Under the pieces are notes generated by a model. That model saw nothing but the letters and a program-made list of their open reading frames with translations, did not search any database and was not told where the DNA came from. A stretch of 64,000 nucleotides of DNA. It comes from a phage. The stretch's first letter is position 1; each line of letters starts with the position of its first letter. The translations under genes were made by a program, and so were the position numbers. The stretch lies in sequence record OZ346158.1; one strand, given 5' to 3'. Of this stretch, positions 10,119-19,316 are shown piece by piece.

Positions 10119-10451
10119 ATGGTAACATTAGAAAGACGTAAAGCTATTGCCGCCACACTGGCAGACATCTTTTGGGATTGTAATTTAAAATCTACCCGAA
10201 ATTGTGGCGCATCTGTAGATGTATTATTCCCACGGCCTACTATTGTTGCAATGGGCAACCTTCTTGATGTGGTATATGGAGCATGGGACAAGGAAGGTGG
10301 ATTCTATATCTGGCAACCTGACTACGGGACTTGGAAAGAGGTTAGTGGTTCTACGGACTTCACTCCTGCAGTGGCTAAAATGGATGGCTGGAAAATCTAT
10401 GTCGGTAACGACATGGAACTGAAAGGCGAAATTGTTTACTGGTTACCTTAA
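10119..10451 (+). CDS. hypothetical protein
   Basis: ORF. Confidence 0.5.
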   Translation: MVTLERRKAIAATLADIFWDCNLKSTRNCGASVDVLFPRPTIVAMGNLLDVVYGAWDKEGGFYIWQPDYGTWKEVSGSTDFTPAVAKMDGWKIYVGNDMELKGEIVYWLP

Positions 10452-10471
10452 GAAAGTGCAGGAGATAAAGT

Positions 10472-10717
10472 ATGAACAAAGGGTGGACATTTGTAGACGG
10501 CGTTGAAAACATGCCTCTAGGAAAGTATATTGTAGCCATGGCAGATGAGAATGGCAAGGTTGATTTCGGAGCTTGCGAGATTGTTCTTGCAGGATCTGGT
10601 GACCATGTGCACAAAACTGGGATAATTAACGGTCATTTCTACTTTGATTACAACCCTGTTGTGGCGTATATGGCTATGCCAGAGTTAGAGCTCCCAAAGG
10701 AGGGTGCAGATGTTTAA
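10472..10717 (+). CDS. hypothetical protein
   Basis: ORF with SD gcaggagat. Confidence 0.5.
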   Translation: MNKGWTFVDGVENMPLGKYIVAMADENGKVDFGACEIVLAGSGDHVHKTGIINGHFYFDYNPVVAYMAMPELELPKEGADV

Positions 10718-10907
10718 GCTTAAATCTGCATGGAACATCGCTGTGGGGGATGAGATCCGCATCCCAGGTGGAAAGACCATTATGAAGATATCACGTATCG
10801 AGTATGAAGGTGATCGTGTATTTCATATCTTTGCAGAAGATGGTCGAGAAATTTATATACAGGCAGGCTCTCACATCTATATCAGTAAGAAAGGGGACGA
10901 CAAATGA
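10704..10907 (+). CDS. hypothetical protein
   Basis: ORF with overlapping start. Confidence 0.45.
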   Translation: MQMFKLKSAWNIAVGDEIRIPGGKTIMKISRIEYEGDRVFHIFAEDGREIYIQAGSHIYISKKGDDK

Positions 10908-11236
10908 CAGAGATCATCGTTTCAACTGCAGGGTATGTATTCCTGACAATCATTGCGTTGGCTATTCTGGTGGCGGTGTATGGATTTGTTATCCTGCCTA
11001 TTCTTGAGACATTTAGCTTGTGTCGGTGTTGGAGAAAAGCTTACGGACCACAACCGTGGAAAGACTGGTTTCATTTGGTGCGTATAGCGTTCTCTTATGC
11101 CTATGATCACTCCAGCAGTGCATGCGTAACCGGGTACCATGCCTACAACTGGAACTGGGAAGGGCTTGGGAGATGGACTGTTACAAAAACTATACCCTTA
11201 CGGTTGTATAAAGGAAAGAACACACTGGGAGCCTGA
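10904..11236 (+). CDS. putative membrane protein
   Basis: Hydrophobic N-terminal segment VFLTIIALAILVAVYGFVILPIL. Confidence 0.45.
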   Translation: MTEIIVSTAGYVFLTIIALAILVAVYGFVILPILETFSLCRCWRKAYGPQPWKDWFHLVRIAFSYAYDHSSSACVTGYHAYNWNWEGLGRWTVTKTIPLRLYKGKNTLGA

Positions 11237-11544
11237 TATTTTAAGTTATCAGATTGCCAGAGATCAGGAGGATTTCTAAAATGGATTTCCTCCTTTTGAT
11301 ATTTTACCTACCAGGATATTTTAAAATCCTTAGAAAATCAGAAAATGGATCGAAAACTAAAATGGATTTTTCAGAGCAGGCACGACGAGATGAACCACTC
11401 ATCCTATCGTCTGCACCATATTCCAGACCACCATTACAGATTTCCCGCACATGCTCACATCCTTCTACTAGAACTTCCCCCACTTACCCTTGACCTTTTA
11501 TAGTAATAATCCAACCACTACCTTGAAGTTGTGGCGCAGCTTTC

Positions 11545-11720
11545 CAAGTACTCGATCTGTTTTTCGTTTCAAAGATTTAATTTTCTGAAAATTTTTCTCG
11601 ATAAATTTCTCAGTACTCGATCTGTTTTTCGTTTTCTGAATCGGATTTTCTGGAAATCGTTCCGGCTCTCGACCTGAAATTTTTGGGGACGAAATCGATT
11701 TTTCGTTTTCAGAAATGGAT
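11545..11720. repeat. Direct repeats (25-nt unit cagtactcgatctgtttttcgtttt x2 plus degenerate copies) in non-coding region
   Basis: Identical 25-mers at 11545-11569 and 11611-11635; related atcgatttttcgttttc at about 11693. Confidence 0.8.
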
Positions 11721-11839
11721 TTTTAAAATTTCTATATGGGAATATTTTAGTGGATACTATTTTATAGGAAATTGTTACGGAGGGTAATTAGCGTGCTAAT
11801 TAAATTTATTAAATGCGAGGAGTTCTCATTTAGAATTTT

Positions 11840-12050
11840 GAATGATAATCATTCTCGTTTGCAGAATAACGGGCAGGCCCGGTGATTGTCTCCCGGCCCC
11901 TACTGCCCCGGCTTGTTATTATAGTAACACACAGGACAAAGAAAGCAAGAAGTTTTTGCATAAATTTTTAGACGATAATGATAATCGTTCTCATTTCATG
12001 CAGCGCCCATCCCCGGTGGTTGTCTCCCCCGTCACCGGTGCCTGCCGTCC
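11840..12050. repeat. Two direct copies of a ~60-bp unit (gataatc..ttctc..gcag ... ccggtgRttgtctccc)
   Basis: Units at about 11840-11901 and 11972-12048; the 16-mer ccggtgattgtctccc recurs inverted at 21016-21031. Confidence 0.75.
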
Positions 12051-12238
12051 TTTCAATAGGTATATTTTGCCACCTGGCGGGGCCGCTGTCAACACTTTTC
12101 AAAAAAAAAATTCTAACCTGATGCGCTGACCGCTGCAACCTGGCAGGGCCTAACTGACCAGGTAGGAGAGAATGAAGGCTTGCAAACCTGGTGGGCCTAT
12201 GCTATAGGATAGGTAACAATTGAAGAGGAGGTACAAAA

Positions 12239-12415
12239 ATGGAAGGTAATATGATCCCCCTGGAAAATGTAGCTATTAATGACGCTGAGGCTATCGCCCT
12301 GGTTGAAAAGGCTATGGCGGGAGCGTTGGAACATAAAGAAGAGTACGAAAAAATGGTGGTTAACCTGGCAGGGGCGGCGGCTGGAGAATTCTACCCAAAA
12401 AATAATTTTAACTAA
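12239..12415 (+). CDS. hypothetical small protein (58 aa)
   Basis: Strong SD gaagaggagg 8 nt before ATG. Confidence 0.5.
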   Translation: MEGNMIPLENVAINDAEAIALVEKAMAGALEHKEEYEKMVVNLAGAAAGEFYPKNNFN

Positions 12416-12418
12416 TGG

Positions 12419-12447
12419 TTGACAGCTCGGACAGTTCTTGTTATTCT
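12419..12447 (+). promoter_or_regulatory. sigma70-like promoter TTGACA-N17-TATTCT
   Basis: Read directly. Confidence 0.5.
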
Positions 12448-12500
12448 TATCCTCGCAAGGTGAACAACACCACACCAATTAACAGAGAGGATAAAAAATC

Positions 12501-12698
12501 ATGAACGCCTACGGAATTAAAGTACGTCGCAACACTCGCCAGGTGGTCACCAATCAAGTGATTTGCCGGGTGGATGTAACCATCAACAACGGGCAAGGCC
12601 TTTATAAATTTCGTCGCGGTCATAGCTATACCCTGCAACAGCTTAACCGTTGCGCCCTGACAAAAGGTCAGATCAACCACTGGTTTAATAAAAAATAA
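12501..12698 (+). CDS. hypothetical protein
   Basis: SD agagagga; basic small protein. Confidence 0.55.
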   Translation: MNAYGIKVRRNTRQVVTNQVICRVDVTINNGQGLYKFRRGHSYTLQQLNRCALTKGQINHWFNKK

Positions 12699-12700
12699 TG

Positions 12701-12729
12701 TTGACATAGGGTCTGACACAAAATACACT
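12701..12729 (+). promoter_or_regulatory. sigma70-like promoter TTGACA-N17-TACACT with A-rich upstream tract
   Basis: Read directly. Confidence 0.55.
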
Positions 12730-12761
12730 GAAATCACAAAAGACACTAAGAGGATAAAATC

Positions 12762-13160
12762 ATGAAAACCACTACCTTTAATTTTGATAATGCGGACTTT
12801 TCTTTTTCTGATGTCAAGAACTGCCGCCGTGATCGTGGATTTTACAAGGCTTATAATCTGGTGGGCCTGGACGATGACAATAATTTGCACGAAGTAGCTG
12901 AGATCCGGTATTATGCCGCCGCCAGTGGTAACACTCACTACTGCGTGTTTTGGATTCACGACAACAAGAACAATAAGTACGGTTATACTGGCGGCAAGGC
13001 GAGCGGTCACGGTTACGATAAAGCTAACGCAGCACTTGAGAGCGCATTAAATGCTATGGGGATCACTGCCGACGGCTGGATCTACGAAGAAGAGTTTTTG
13101 TCGGCACTTGCTGACCACCTGGGCTATAAAAAGCACATTGTGACATGCGCCCACGAATAA
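12762..13160 (+). CDS. hypothetical protein
   Basis: SD aagaggata. Confidence 0.55.
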   Translation: MKTTTFNFDNADFSFSDVKNCRRDRGFYKAYNLVGLDDDNNLHEVAEIRYYAAASGNTHYCVFWIHDNKNNKYGYTGGKASGHGYDKANAALESALNAMGITADGWIYEEEFLSALADHLGYKKHIVTCAHE

Positions 13161-13243
13161 AAATCATTGACACGCTGCAAAATTTAAGTAAACTAGACAC
13201 AAAAGGCGGGAATGTTTCCCGCCAGCACAAAGGAAAAAAGATC

Positions 13244-13639
13244 ATGAATAAGAACGTACGCCGCATCATGAACGAACTGGCAAACGATGAAAAAATTATT
13301 GACATGCATTTAGTCAACATTTGCCGCCGTTGTGTAACATATAACAACCGCGCCGCAAAAGCGCGTGAGATGAACGCAAAAGGCACCTTAAAGCCCTTTC
13401 AGGTGGTTGTAAAATCTATAACCAGTGCAGCAGGCCAGGCGCATGACCACAACAACGGGAGCACTAATATTGATCCGTCTTACGTAATGAAACGGATCCG
13501 GACTTGCAAGAATAAAGAGCAGGTGTATAATGTCATAGACTGGTTGGATTCTATGGGCGATGTGGTTTACAATAGGTTTTCTGCAGCTATCGAGATCCAG
13601 CTTGACAGGTTGGACGGTAAAGTACTGAAAACTTACTAA
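13244..13639 (+). CDS. hypothetical protein
   Basis: SD aaaggaaaaaag; preceded by promoter and 5' hairpin ggcgggaatgtttcccgcc. Confidence 0.55.
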   Translation: MNKNVRRIMNELANDEKIIDMHLVNICRRCVTYNNRAAKAREMNAKGTLKPFQVVVKSITSAAGQAHDHNNGSTNIDPSYVMKRIRTCKNKEQVYNVIDWLDSMGDVVYNRFSAAIEIQLDRLDGKVLKTY

Positions 13640-13686
13640 GATTATTTTTAGATGGCCTTGACTTCAGGGCCATCAATAAAGTAAAC
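13640..13686 (+). repeat. 47-bp conserved intergenic element, copy 1 (hairpin gatggcc/ggccatc)
   Basis: Identical to 14271-14317; near-identical to 18010-18058. Confidence 0.85.
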
Positions 13687-13719
13687 TAATCCCAGTTAAG
13701 CGAAAAAGGAGGCTTGAAG

Positions 13720-13839
13720 ATGAGCACTACACGCCAACACACAAAGGTAACGATTATCGTTTGCATCATTGGTTACATCCTGGCGCAAATGTTGATGGGT
13801 AGCGCCAATGATTTCGCAAAATTTTTCTTAGACTTTTAA
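13720..13839 (+). CDS. small hydrophobic protein (39 aa)
   Basis: SD aaaaggagg; TM-like IIVCIIGYILAQMLM. Confidence 0.4.
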   Translation: MSTTRQHTKVTIIVCIIGYILAQMLMGSANDFAKFFLDF

Positions 13840-13867
13840 TTGACAAGCTAACTTAAATCAGTATAAT
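13840..13867 (+). promoter_or_regulatory. sigma70-like promoter TTGACA-N16-TATAAT
   Basis: Perfect hexamers. Confidence 0.6.
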
Positions 13868-13919
13868 ACTAAGCACATAAACGGGAAAACTTCCCAGAAC
13901 ACCAAAAGGAGAAAACATT

Positions 13920-14270
13920 ATGAATACTTCCATCACTATGACCGCCGAAGAAAAAGCCCTGCAGATCGCCGCTCTGAAAAAACAGATTGCAGAACTTGAA
14001 GACAAGATCGACAATTTTGAAATCGACGAAGACAAGTACGACGATAAATATGATGAATGGTTAGACGAGATCTACGGCGAAATTATGATCGGAAACATTT
14101 CTTTTCTTCCGTCGCGTATCCTCAAGGAGCTAGATCCTATCGCTTACCGCTGCGGATTTAGCGACTACATCGACAGCCTGGATATTGAGGACGATGAAGA
14201 ATACCAGGAATTACAGACAGAGTTAGAAGAAGCAAAAGAAGAGCTTGCAGAACTGGAAGAAAACGAGTAA
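13920..14270 (+). CDS. highly acidic coiled-coil protein (candidate DNA mimic)
   Basis: D/E-rich throughout (EDKIDNFEIDEDKYDDKYDEW...DIEDDEEYQELQTELEEAKEELAELEENE). Confidence 0.55.
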   Translation: MNTSITMTAEEKALQIAALKKQIAELEDKIDNFEIDEDKYDDKYDEWLDEIYGEIMIGNISFLPSRILKELDPIAYRCGFSDYIDSLDIEDDEEYQELQTELEEAKEELAELEENE

Positions 14271-14317
14271 GATTATTTTTAGATGGCCTTGACTTCAGGG
14301 CCATCAATAAAGTAAAC
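14271..14317 (+). repeat. 47-bp conserved intergenic element, copy 2
   Basis: Exact repeat of 13640-13686. Confidence 0.85.
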
Positions 14318-14359
14318 TTTATACTGTTAACACTGAACTAATGCATAGGAGTTAAAACC

Positions 14360-14605
14360 ATGGCAGCACTAATCACCAAATATTATGCCCCTACCAACAC
14401 CAAAAGCGCCCGTATCATGGTAAAAGGCTTCGGACGTAAAAAGGTGTACACCTGGGATTATGCCTTAGACACGGAAGACAACTACACCAACGCGATGACC
14501 GATTTTATTAATGATCTGAACACGCGGATCTTGACAAATTATAAAATTACCGATATTGCCTATATAGGGGAAGGCGGGATCTGTTTTGTCGGTATCGTCA
14601 AATAA
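14360..14605 (+). CDS. hypothetical protein
   Basis: SD ataggagtt. Confidence 0.55.
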   Translation: MAALITKYYAPTNTKSARIMVKGFGRKKVYTWDYALDTEDNYTNAMTDFINDLNTRILTNYKITDIAYIGEGGICFVGIVK

Positions 14606-14680
14606 GCTGTTTTTTCGGTGGTCCTGGTAGCAGGGCCATCTATAAAGATAGTTTATCAATACAATGAAAGGAGAAAGTAC

Positions 14681-15034
14681 ATGATCAGCGGGGCAAGTTT
14701 TATTATTGGCGCTATTGCTACGGCTTTAATTGTAAACAAGATCCAATCTAAAAACGAAAAAGATAGCAACGCCCTTACAGAATACCCGTTTTGGGTATTC
14801 AACGACAATGAAGACTATATTATCAAGTACAAGAATGAGAAGGGCGACCAGGTAACACCTCGACCGATCCCGGCTTACAAGATGCAAGAAACACTATACC
14901 GCCTAAAGGCTGGAGGCGCAAAAATCGTAGACTTTTGGGGATACGATCACACAGATCAGGAAGTTATAAAGCGCCGTATCCGGGCTATTCAGGCCAATAT
15001 TGAAGTTAGCAAGGGGGGAATATATGAAGATTAA
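14681..15034 (+). CDS. hypothetical membrane-anchored protein
   Basis: SD gaaaggagaaag; N-terminal TM FIIGAIATALIV. Confidence 0.5.
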   Translation: MISGASFIIGAIATALIVNKIQSKNEKDSNALTEYPFWVFNDNEDYIIKYKNEKGDQVTPRPIPAYKMQETLYRLKAGGAKIVDFWGYDHTDQEVIKRRIRAIQANIEVSKGGIYED

Positions 15035-15221
15035 TTTTGAGAAGATTGTAAAGCGATCTCATGCTTCCGAAGAGCTGCCGGAACGCCGCCAGCGCAACAA
15101 TAAACTGAATAAGCCAAAAAGATTTGGGAAGATCTGGCGGAATCATTATGATCGCAAATTACCGGGCCTGCTTTTGGAACGTGAACGACAGGCGGAACGA
15201 TACCGCCACAAAGGCAAATAA
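15024..15221 (+). CDS. small basic protein
   Basis: SD aaggggggaa; Arg/Lys-rich. Confidence 0.45.
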   Translation: MKINFEKIVKRSHASEELPERRQRNNKLNKPKRFGKIWRNHYDRKLPGLLLERERQAERYRHKGK

Positions 15222-15230
15222 CAACCAACG

Positions 15231-15256
15231 CCCCGCCATTGTGCGGGGCTTTTTAT
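15231..15256 (+). terminator. intrinsic terminator
   Basis: gccccgc-cattg-tgcggggc followed by TTTTTATTT. Confidence 0.7.
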
Positions 15257-15403
15257 TTCTATCCTACAAATAGCGCCCCTGGTTGGCCCTGTAAGCGCCA
15301 AAAAGGCCCCACCTATGCAATCGCCCCCCCTTTAACCTGAAAACATCGCTTAGGGCCGTTTTATGGCGTTAAAAATATCATTGACAGTGATTTTATTTAA
15401 AGC

Positions 15404-15431
15404 TTGACATCTTAAACAGGTTAGCTATACT
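15404..15431 (+). promoter_or_regulatory. sigma70-like promoter TTGACA-N16-TATACT
   Basis: Read directly; a second TTGACA lies 23 nt upstream. Confidence 0.55.
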
Positions 15432-15463
15432 AACCACATCAAAGAGAGAAAGGAGTAAACGCC

Positions 15464-15724
15464 ATGCGTAAATTAAAAAATTTTGATAAAGTTGATGTTG
15501 TCCTGAATAATTTTTACTACTGCAACAACAAGGCCATTTGGTGGCGTGATAGTTCCACCGATAAAGTCAAGGCGCGCTTTCTCCAGGGGCACTGGCAAGG
15601 CCGCCCAGTGATTAAAATCATGGGGCAATTGGTAGCGTTTAAAAATTGCCGCCGTGTTGATGACGTTGAAGAGATCTTGAATATTTTACGCCACAATAAT
15701 TTAAAAAATAGTGTTGACAAGTAA
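15464..15724 (+). CDS. hypothetical protein
   Basis: SD gaaaggagtaaacg. Confidence 0.55.
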   Translation: MRKLKNFDKVDVVLNNFYYCNNKAIWWRDSSTDKVKARFLQGHWQGRPVIKIMGQLVAFKNCRRVDDVEEILNILRHNNLKNSVDK

Positions 15725-15741
15725 ATCTCAATAAGTATACT
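15714..15741 (+). promoter_or_regulatory. sigma70-like promoter TTGACA-N16-TATACT, followed by 5' hairpin ggcgggaagttttcccgcc
   Basis: Read directly. Confidence 0.55.
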
Positions 15742-15798
15742 TAAGCACACAGGCGGGAAGTTTTCCCGCCACTAACAAAGAAAATAGGAGAAAATATC

Positions 15799-16422
15799 AT
15801 GACCACCGTTAACATTACCACAGGTTGCAATTTATCTTTCGACGTGCTGACCGACGAACAAAAAGAAAAAGCTATTGAAATGGTCCGCGAAAGAGAAGAA
15901 CACAGCGGAGAGGATTTTTTCGCAGAAAGTGTAATTGAATATTATAAAGAACAAGTTTTTCCAGAGTACGGCCTTGAAGATACCGATGTACATTGGTCCG
16001 GCTTTTGGTGTCAAGGCGATGGCGCGTCAATTAATGCTGAAAATGTAGACTTAGAGAAATTCTTGCGTAAAGTCAAGGCCCTGACCAAGTTCCGATCAAT
16101 TCGTCACTTGTTCGGCACAATGCACGATGGCGAACTATCAGCCAGTGTTGAACGCGACAAGTACAGCCATTACAGCCATGAAAACACTGTAAGCGGATAT
16201 ATTGATACTACCTGGCTAGATCTGACCGCAAAACAAGAAAATAAAGTAGAAGATCTGGAAGAGCTGATCACCGAGACGGTACGGGAGCTATCCCGCAAGG
16301 TTTATGTAGACCTGGAGGAGGCCTATCTTGAACAGTTTACTACCGAAAACCTGATCGGCCTTATTGAAGCCAATGATTGGCGGTTTGATGTGGATGAATA
16401 TGGAGAAATGAGTTTTTCATAA
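15799..16422 (+). CDS. hypothetical acidic protein
   Basis: SD aataggagaaa; 207 aa, E/D-rich. Confidence 0.55.
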   Translation: MTTVNITTGCNLSFDVLTDEQKEKAIEMVREREEHSGEDFFAESVIEYYKEQVFPEYGLEDTDVHWSGFWCQGDGASINAENVDLEKFLRKVKALTKFRSIRHLFGTMHDGELSASVERDKYSHYSHENTVSGYIDTTWLDLTAKQENKVEDLEELITETVRELSRKVYVDLEEAYLEQFTTENLIGLIEANDWRFDVDEYGEMSFS

Positions 16423-16513
16423 ATAAAGTGTTGCAATAATCTAAAAACCTGCTATATTAAAACTTAAGGGGGAGAGATGACTTGCCCCCACACAAAACAA
16501 AGAGGAAAACATC

Positions 16514-16894
16514 ATGAAAAACACTACTAAAGCTATTGACACCGTTATGTTTAACCTGGTTACATTCCGTGAAGATATGAAAGATCTTCCACGTGAAACA
16601 GTGTGCGACCATATCGAAAACTATCGCAAACTAATCAAAGAGTTGCCTTTAAAACGTGACCAGTACGCGGCTAACGCTATGCTTAACGCCATGATCAAGA
16701 AAATGATTCAGTGCGATTTGACTTTAGCTTATGATTATGCAGGTGGTCGTTTTGCAGTATACAATCAGCCCGTGCCTGGTATGAGCACCACAGAAGAATT
16801 GCACGCGTTAAATCTAAAACAAGACGTATGGGATAACATGCCCCGCGTGGTGGTGTGGGCAGAAAGCGGAAAGATTTACGGCGATAATTTTTAA
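16514..16894 (+). CDS. hypothetical protein
   Basis: SD agaggaaaac. Confidence 0.55.
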   Translation: MKNTTKAIDTVMFNLVTFREDMKDLPRETVCDHIENYRKLIKELPLKRDQYAANAMLNAMIKKMIQCDLTLAYDYAGGRFAVYNQPVPGMSTTEELHALNLKQDVWDNMPRVVVWAESGKIYGDNF

Positions 16895-16958
16895 TCAGGT
16901 AACAGGCGGCATATTTGCCGCCTTATTGTTAAACAGAACTGCAAAAGAGGTACATAGA

Positions 16959-17330
16959 ATGGAATTTATTATTTTGGCTGTAGTAGTTGCCTTGTTCAAC
17001 GCCTGGATCGCTGGCAAGATAGGTAGATCCGCTTTTCTATGGTTTGTTATATCTATTTTCCTGGGAGTGGTTGCAACTATTGTATTGGTTATCCTTGCAA
17101 TTGTTGACAAGGGGAATAATAGAAAGGGTAAAGTATTTTCAGACCTGTACGACGCTCAAACGTTTGTCAACGCCTATTATAGTGATCTTCCAGTCTCCCT
17201 ACGTTGCAGCCTTGCACAACAGGTTTTCGATGAAGCTAAAACCAGAGATCACGCCCATGAGATTTGTTTAACTGAGGCGGATCGCCTATTTGAGAGGAAT
17301 AGAAAATATGTGGACCAGCCGTTTAAATAA
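16959..17330 (+). CDS. membrane protein (2 TM)
   Basis: FIILAVVVALFNAWIA and LWFVISIFLGVVATIVLVILAIV. Confidence 0.5.
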   Translation: MEFIILAVVVALFNAWIAGKIGRSAFLWFVISIFLGVVATIVLVILAIVDKGNNRKGKVFSDLYDAQTFVNAYYSDLPVSLRCSLAQQVFDEAKTRDHAHEICLTEADRLFERNRKYVDQPFK

Positions 17331-17547
17331 TGCCACGTTAATTAACCCCTTTAGTGAAGATTTGAAGCCAGCCGCCTGGCGGGATGGATTCAATAACGAA
17401 AGCTTTATTTTCAGGCCTGATCTTAAGGAATTTTATAACAATGGATCGAACAACGACAGAGATAATTTTTCTTGTAATGTGCGTGGTGATAATACTCCTG
17501 GGGGCCATTGCAAACCACGTCACTGCTAACAGGAGGAAAGGGGAGAC

Positions 17548-17668
17548 GATGACACCCAAGGATAAGCCCCGTACCGATAAGGCGCGCCGTGTTATGGTAT
17601 GGCTTGAGATCATCGCCCTTGAAATATTGTTAGGCGTAGGGATGTATTTTATCGCTGTAAGTAATTGA
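17548..17668 (+). CDS. small membrane protein
   Basis: SD aacaggaggaaagggg; TM VMVWLEIIALEILLGVGMYFIAV. Confidence 0.4.
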
Positions 17669-17808
17669 TAACGGCCCCGATCCCTGGGGCCTAACTTTTC
17701 AAATTTTTTTCTCCCTGAGTGTTGCAATCCGATCCAGAATATGGATAATAACAATCAACGGGGAGACACTCCCCACCGCATAGACAAAGTTCCAAAAGGA
17801 GAAACAAA

Positions 17809-18009
17809 ATGAGCAACAATATCCGCGTTATTAACTTCAAAAAAGAAGAAAAAATTGCCGTGCTGATTGACGGTCAAGAAATCTTTAAAGGTGATTATGA
17901 AGATCATCAAACGGCGATTAGTATCACTCGCGTGATTGGTTACCATAATTTTTACCCTCAAGGCGCTGAGGCAGCAGTAAAACGAATTAAAGAGATTGTA
18001 GGCCTGTAA
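17809..18009 (+). CDS. hypothetical protein
   Basis: SD caaaaggagaaac. Confidence 0.55.
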   Translation: MSNNIRVINFKKEEKIAVLIDGQEIFKGDYEDHQTAISITRVIGYHNFYPQGAEAAVKRIKEIVGL

Positions 18010-18058
18010 AATTTATTTTTAGATGGCCTTGACTCCAGGGCCATCAATAAAGTAAATT
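18010..18058 (+). repeat. conserved intergenic element, copy 3 (2 mismatches)
   Basis: tttttagatggccttgactccagggccatcaataaagtaaa. Confidence 0.8.
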
Positions 18059-18100
18059 TAAACCCTGTTAAAATAATCAGTGCAAAAAGGAGTAATGATC

Positions 18101-18400
18101 ATGTTTATCCAGGCTAATAATCTTTATTTCTTTGATGGTCAGATCGTAGACGGCGTGGAGGTGGAAATCACCGGGTGCCCTGGCGGTCAGGTTATGACTT
18201 TTCGGAATAATGCCTTTGATGATTCTCATATCGTTATGAGAATGGAAGTTAGTAAGCTGGATGACAAGAAAACACTCATTGATTATTCCGTGAAAGATCA
18301 TCCAGACTACCACATGATCTATGGTGATTTGTGCATTGTTGACCGTGACAAGGTGGGCGGCATTGTGATCGCTATTGTGAACGATGTTTTCTCAAACTAA
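18101..18400 (+). CDS. hypothetical protein
   Basis: SD aaaaaggagtaatg. Confidence 0.5.
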   Translation: MFIQANNLYFFDGQIVDGVEVEITGCPGGQVMTFRNNAFDDSHIVMRMEVSKLDDKKTLIDYSVKDHPDYHMIYGDLCIVDRDKVGGIVIAIVNDVFSN

Positions 18401-18417
18401 TTTCAGCAGGTGATTTT

Positions 18418-18768
18418 ATGAAAGTAAAACTATATTACCTTAATGAGCTTAACCCCCTTGCCCAGGTCCGCGCCATGGCTAATACCTTGATTTGTGAGAA
18501 ATCTGTATATTGTGTTGAGCTTAACTCCATGCGTGAACGTCTCAAAGGTGGTTACTTTGACATCCATGCTGCAATCAACGGCCTGAATATGGAATTTATC
18601 CGCTTACGTAACAGCCGCCAGAATCTGGGAAGAATGGAACAAGATCCGGCCCACCTTCGTAAGCTGGTTATTGAAAATCATCTAATGTTTAATGCCGATG
18701 GTGATTATTACCATTTTCACCGTAAACGCTGGTACCGTAGCGGCAATATAGGAAAGAATGCAAAATAA
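18418..18768 (+). CDS. hypothetical protein
   Basis: ORF. Confidence 0.5.
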   Translation: MKVKLYYLNELNPLAQVRAMANTLICEKSVYCVELNSMRERLKGGYFDIHAAINGLNMEFIRLRNSRQNLGRMEQDPAHLRKLVIENHLMFNADGDYYHFHRKRWYRSGNIGKNAK

Positions 18769-18976
18769 GGCCCCTGGCAGGGCCTGCAGCGATATAATCA
18801 CATAAAGGCTATGCGGTTGCATAGCCTTTATTATTTTGGCGTTACAGCGGCCCCCAAGGCGCTTAAAAAAATTTTTAAAGAAGTACTTGCATCAAGTCCT
18901 ACAATATGGATAATAAAGGGTGTCGGGGGGGCGGTGAGGCCTCCAATCATTAACCGGATAGATAGGAGTTAAAACC

Positions 18977-19261
18977 ATGGCTATTGTTACCGTTGGCGAT
19001 GTAGTAGAAATGGAAGCCAAATACTTAAAAGCTGGTATGCATATCATACGGAATGATCAAGAATTGTTATTAACCATGGTTGAATATAATCCCGGTCAGG
19101 ATTATCCAAGCATTGACTACTTTTTCCAGTATGTTGATGAAGAATTAAAAGAGGATGAGGCTTATCAGGGTGAATTTTGTAATTTCTTTTGCCCTGATGA
19201 GGTTGTAAAAGTTATCTATCAACCTGGCGTACCTTTCCCGCTGCACGCTATCAACAAATAA
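18977..19261 (+). CDS. hypothetical protein
   Basis: SD gataggagtt. Confidence 0.55.
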   Translation: MAIVTVGDVVEMEAKYLKAGMHIIRNDQELLLTMVEYNPGQDYPSIDYFFQYVDEELKEDEAYQGEFCNFFCPDEVVKVIYQPGVPFPLHAINK

Positions 19262-19316
19262 ACCTGGCGGGGCCGAAAAGGCCCCCAATTATGAAAATAA
19301 AGAGAGGCAAATCATC

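Noticed and set aside
11254-11493. 79-codon ORF in the repeat region
   Set aside because: Lies entirely within repetitive non-coding sequence, has low-complexity Ser/Pro/Thr-rich translation and no SD; likely spurious.
13640-13686. Intrinsic terminator interpretation of the 47-bp repeat
   Set aside because: The 7-bp stem is followed by aataaagtaaac, not a U-tract, on the + strand, and by an A-rich run on the - strand; function left open.
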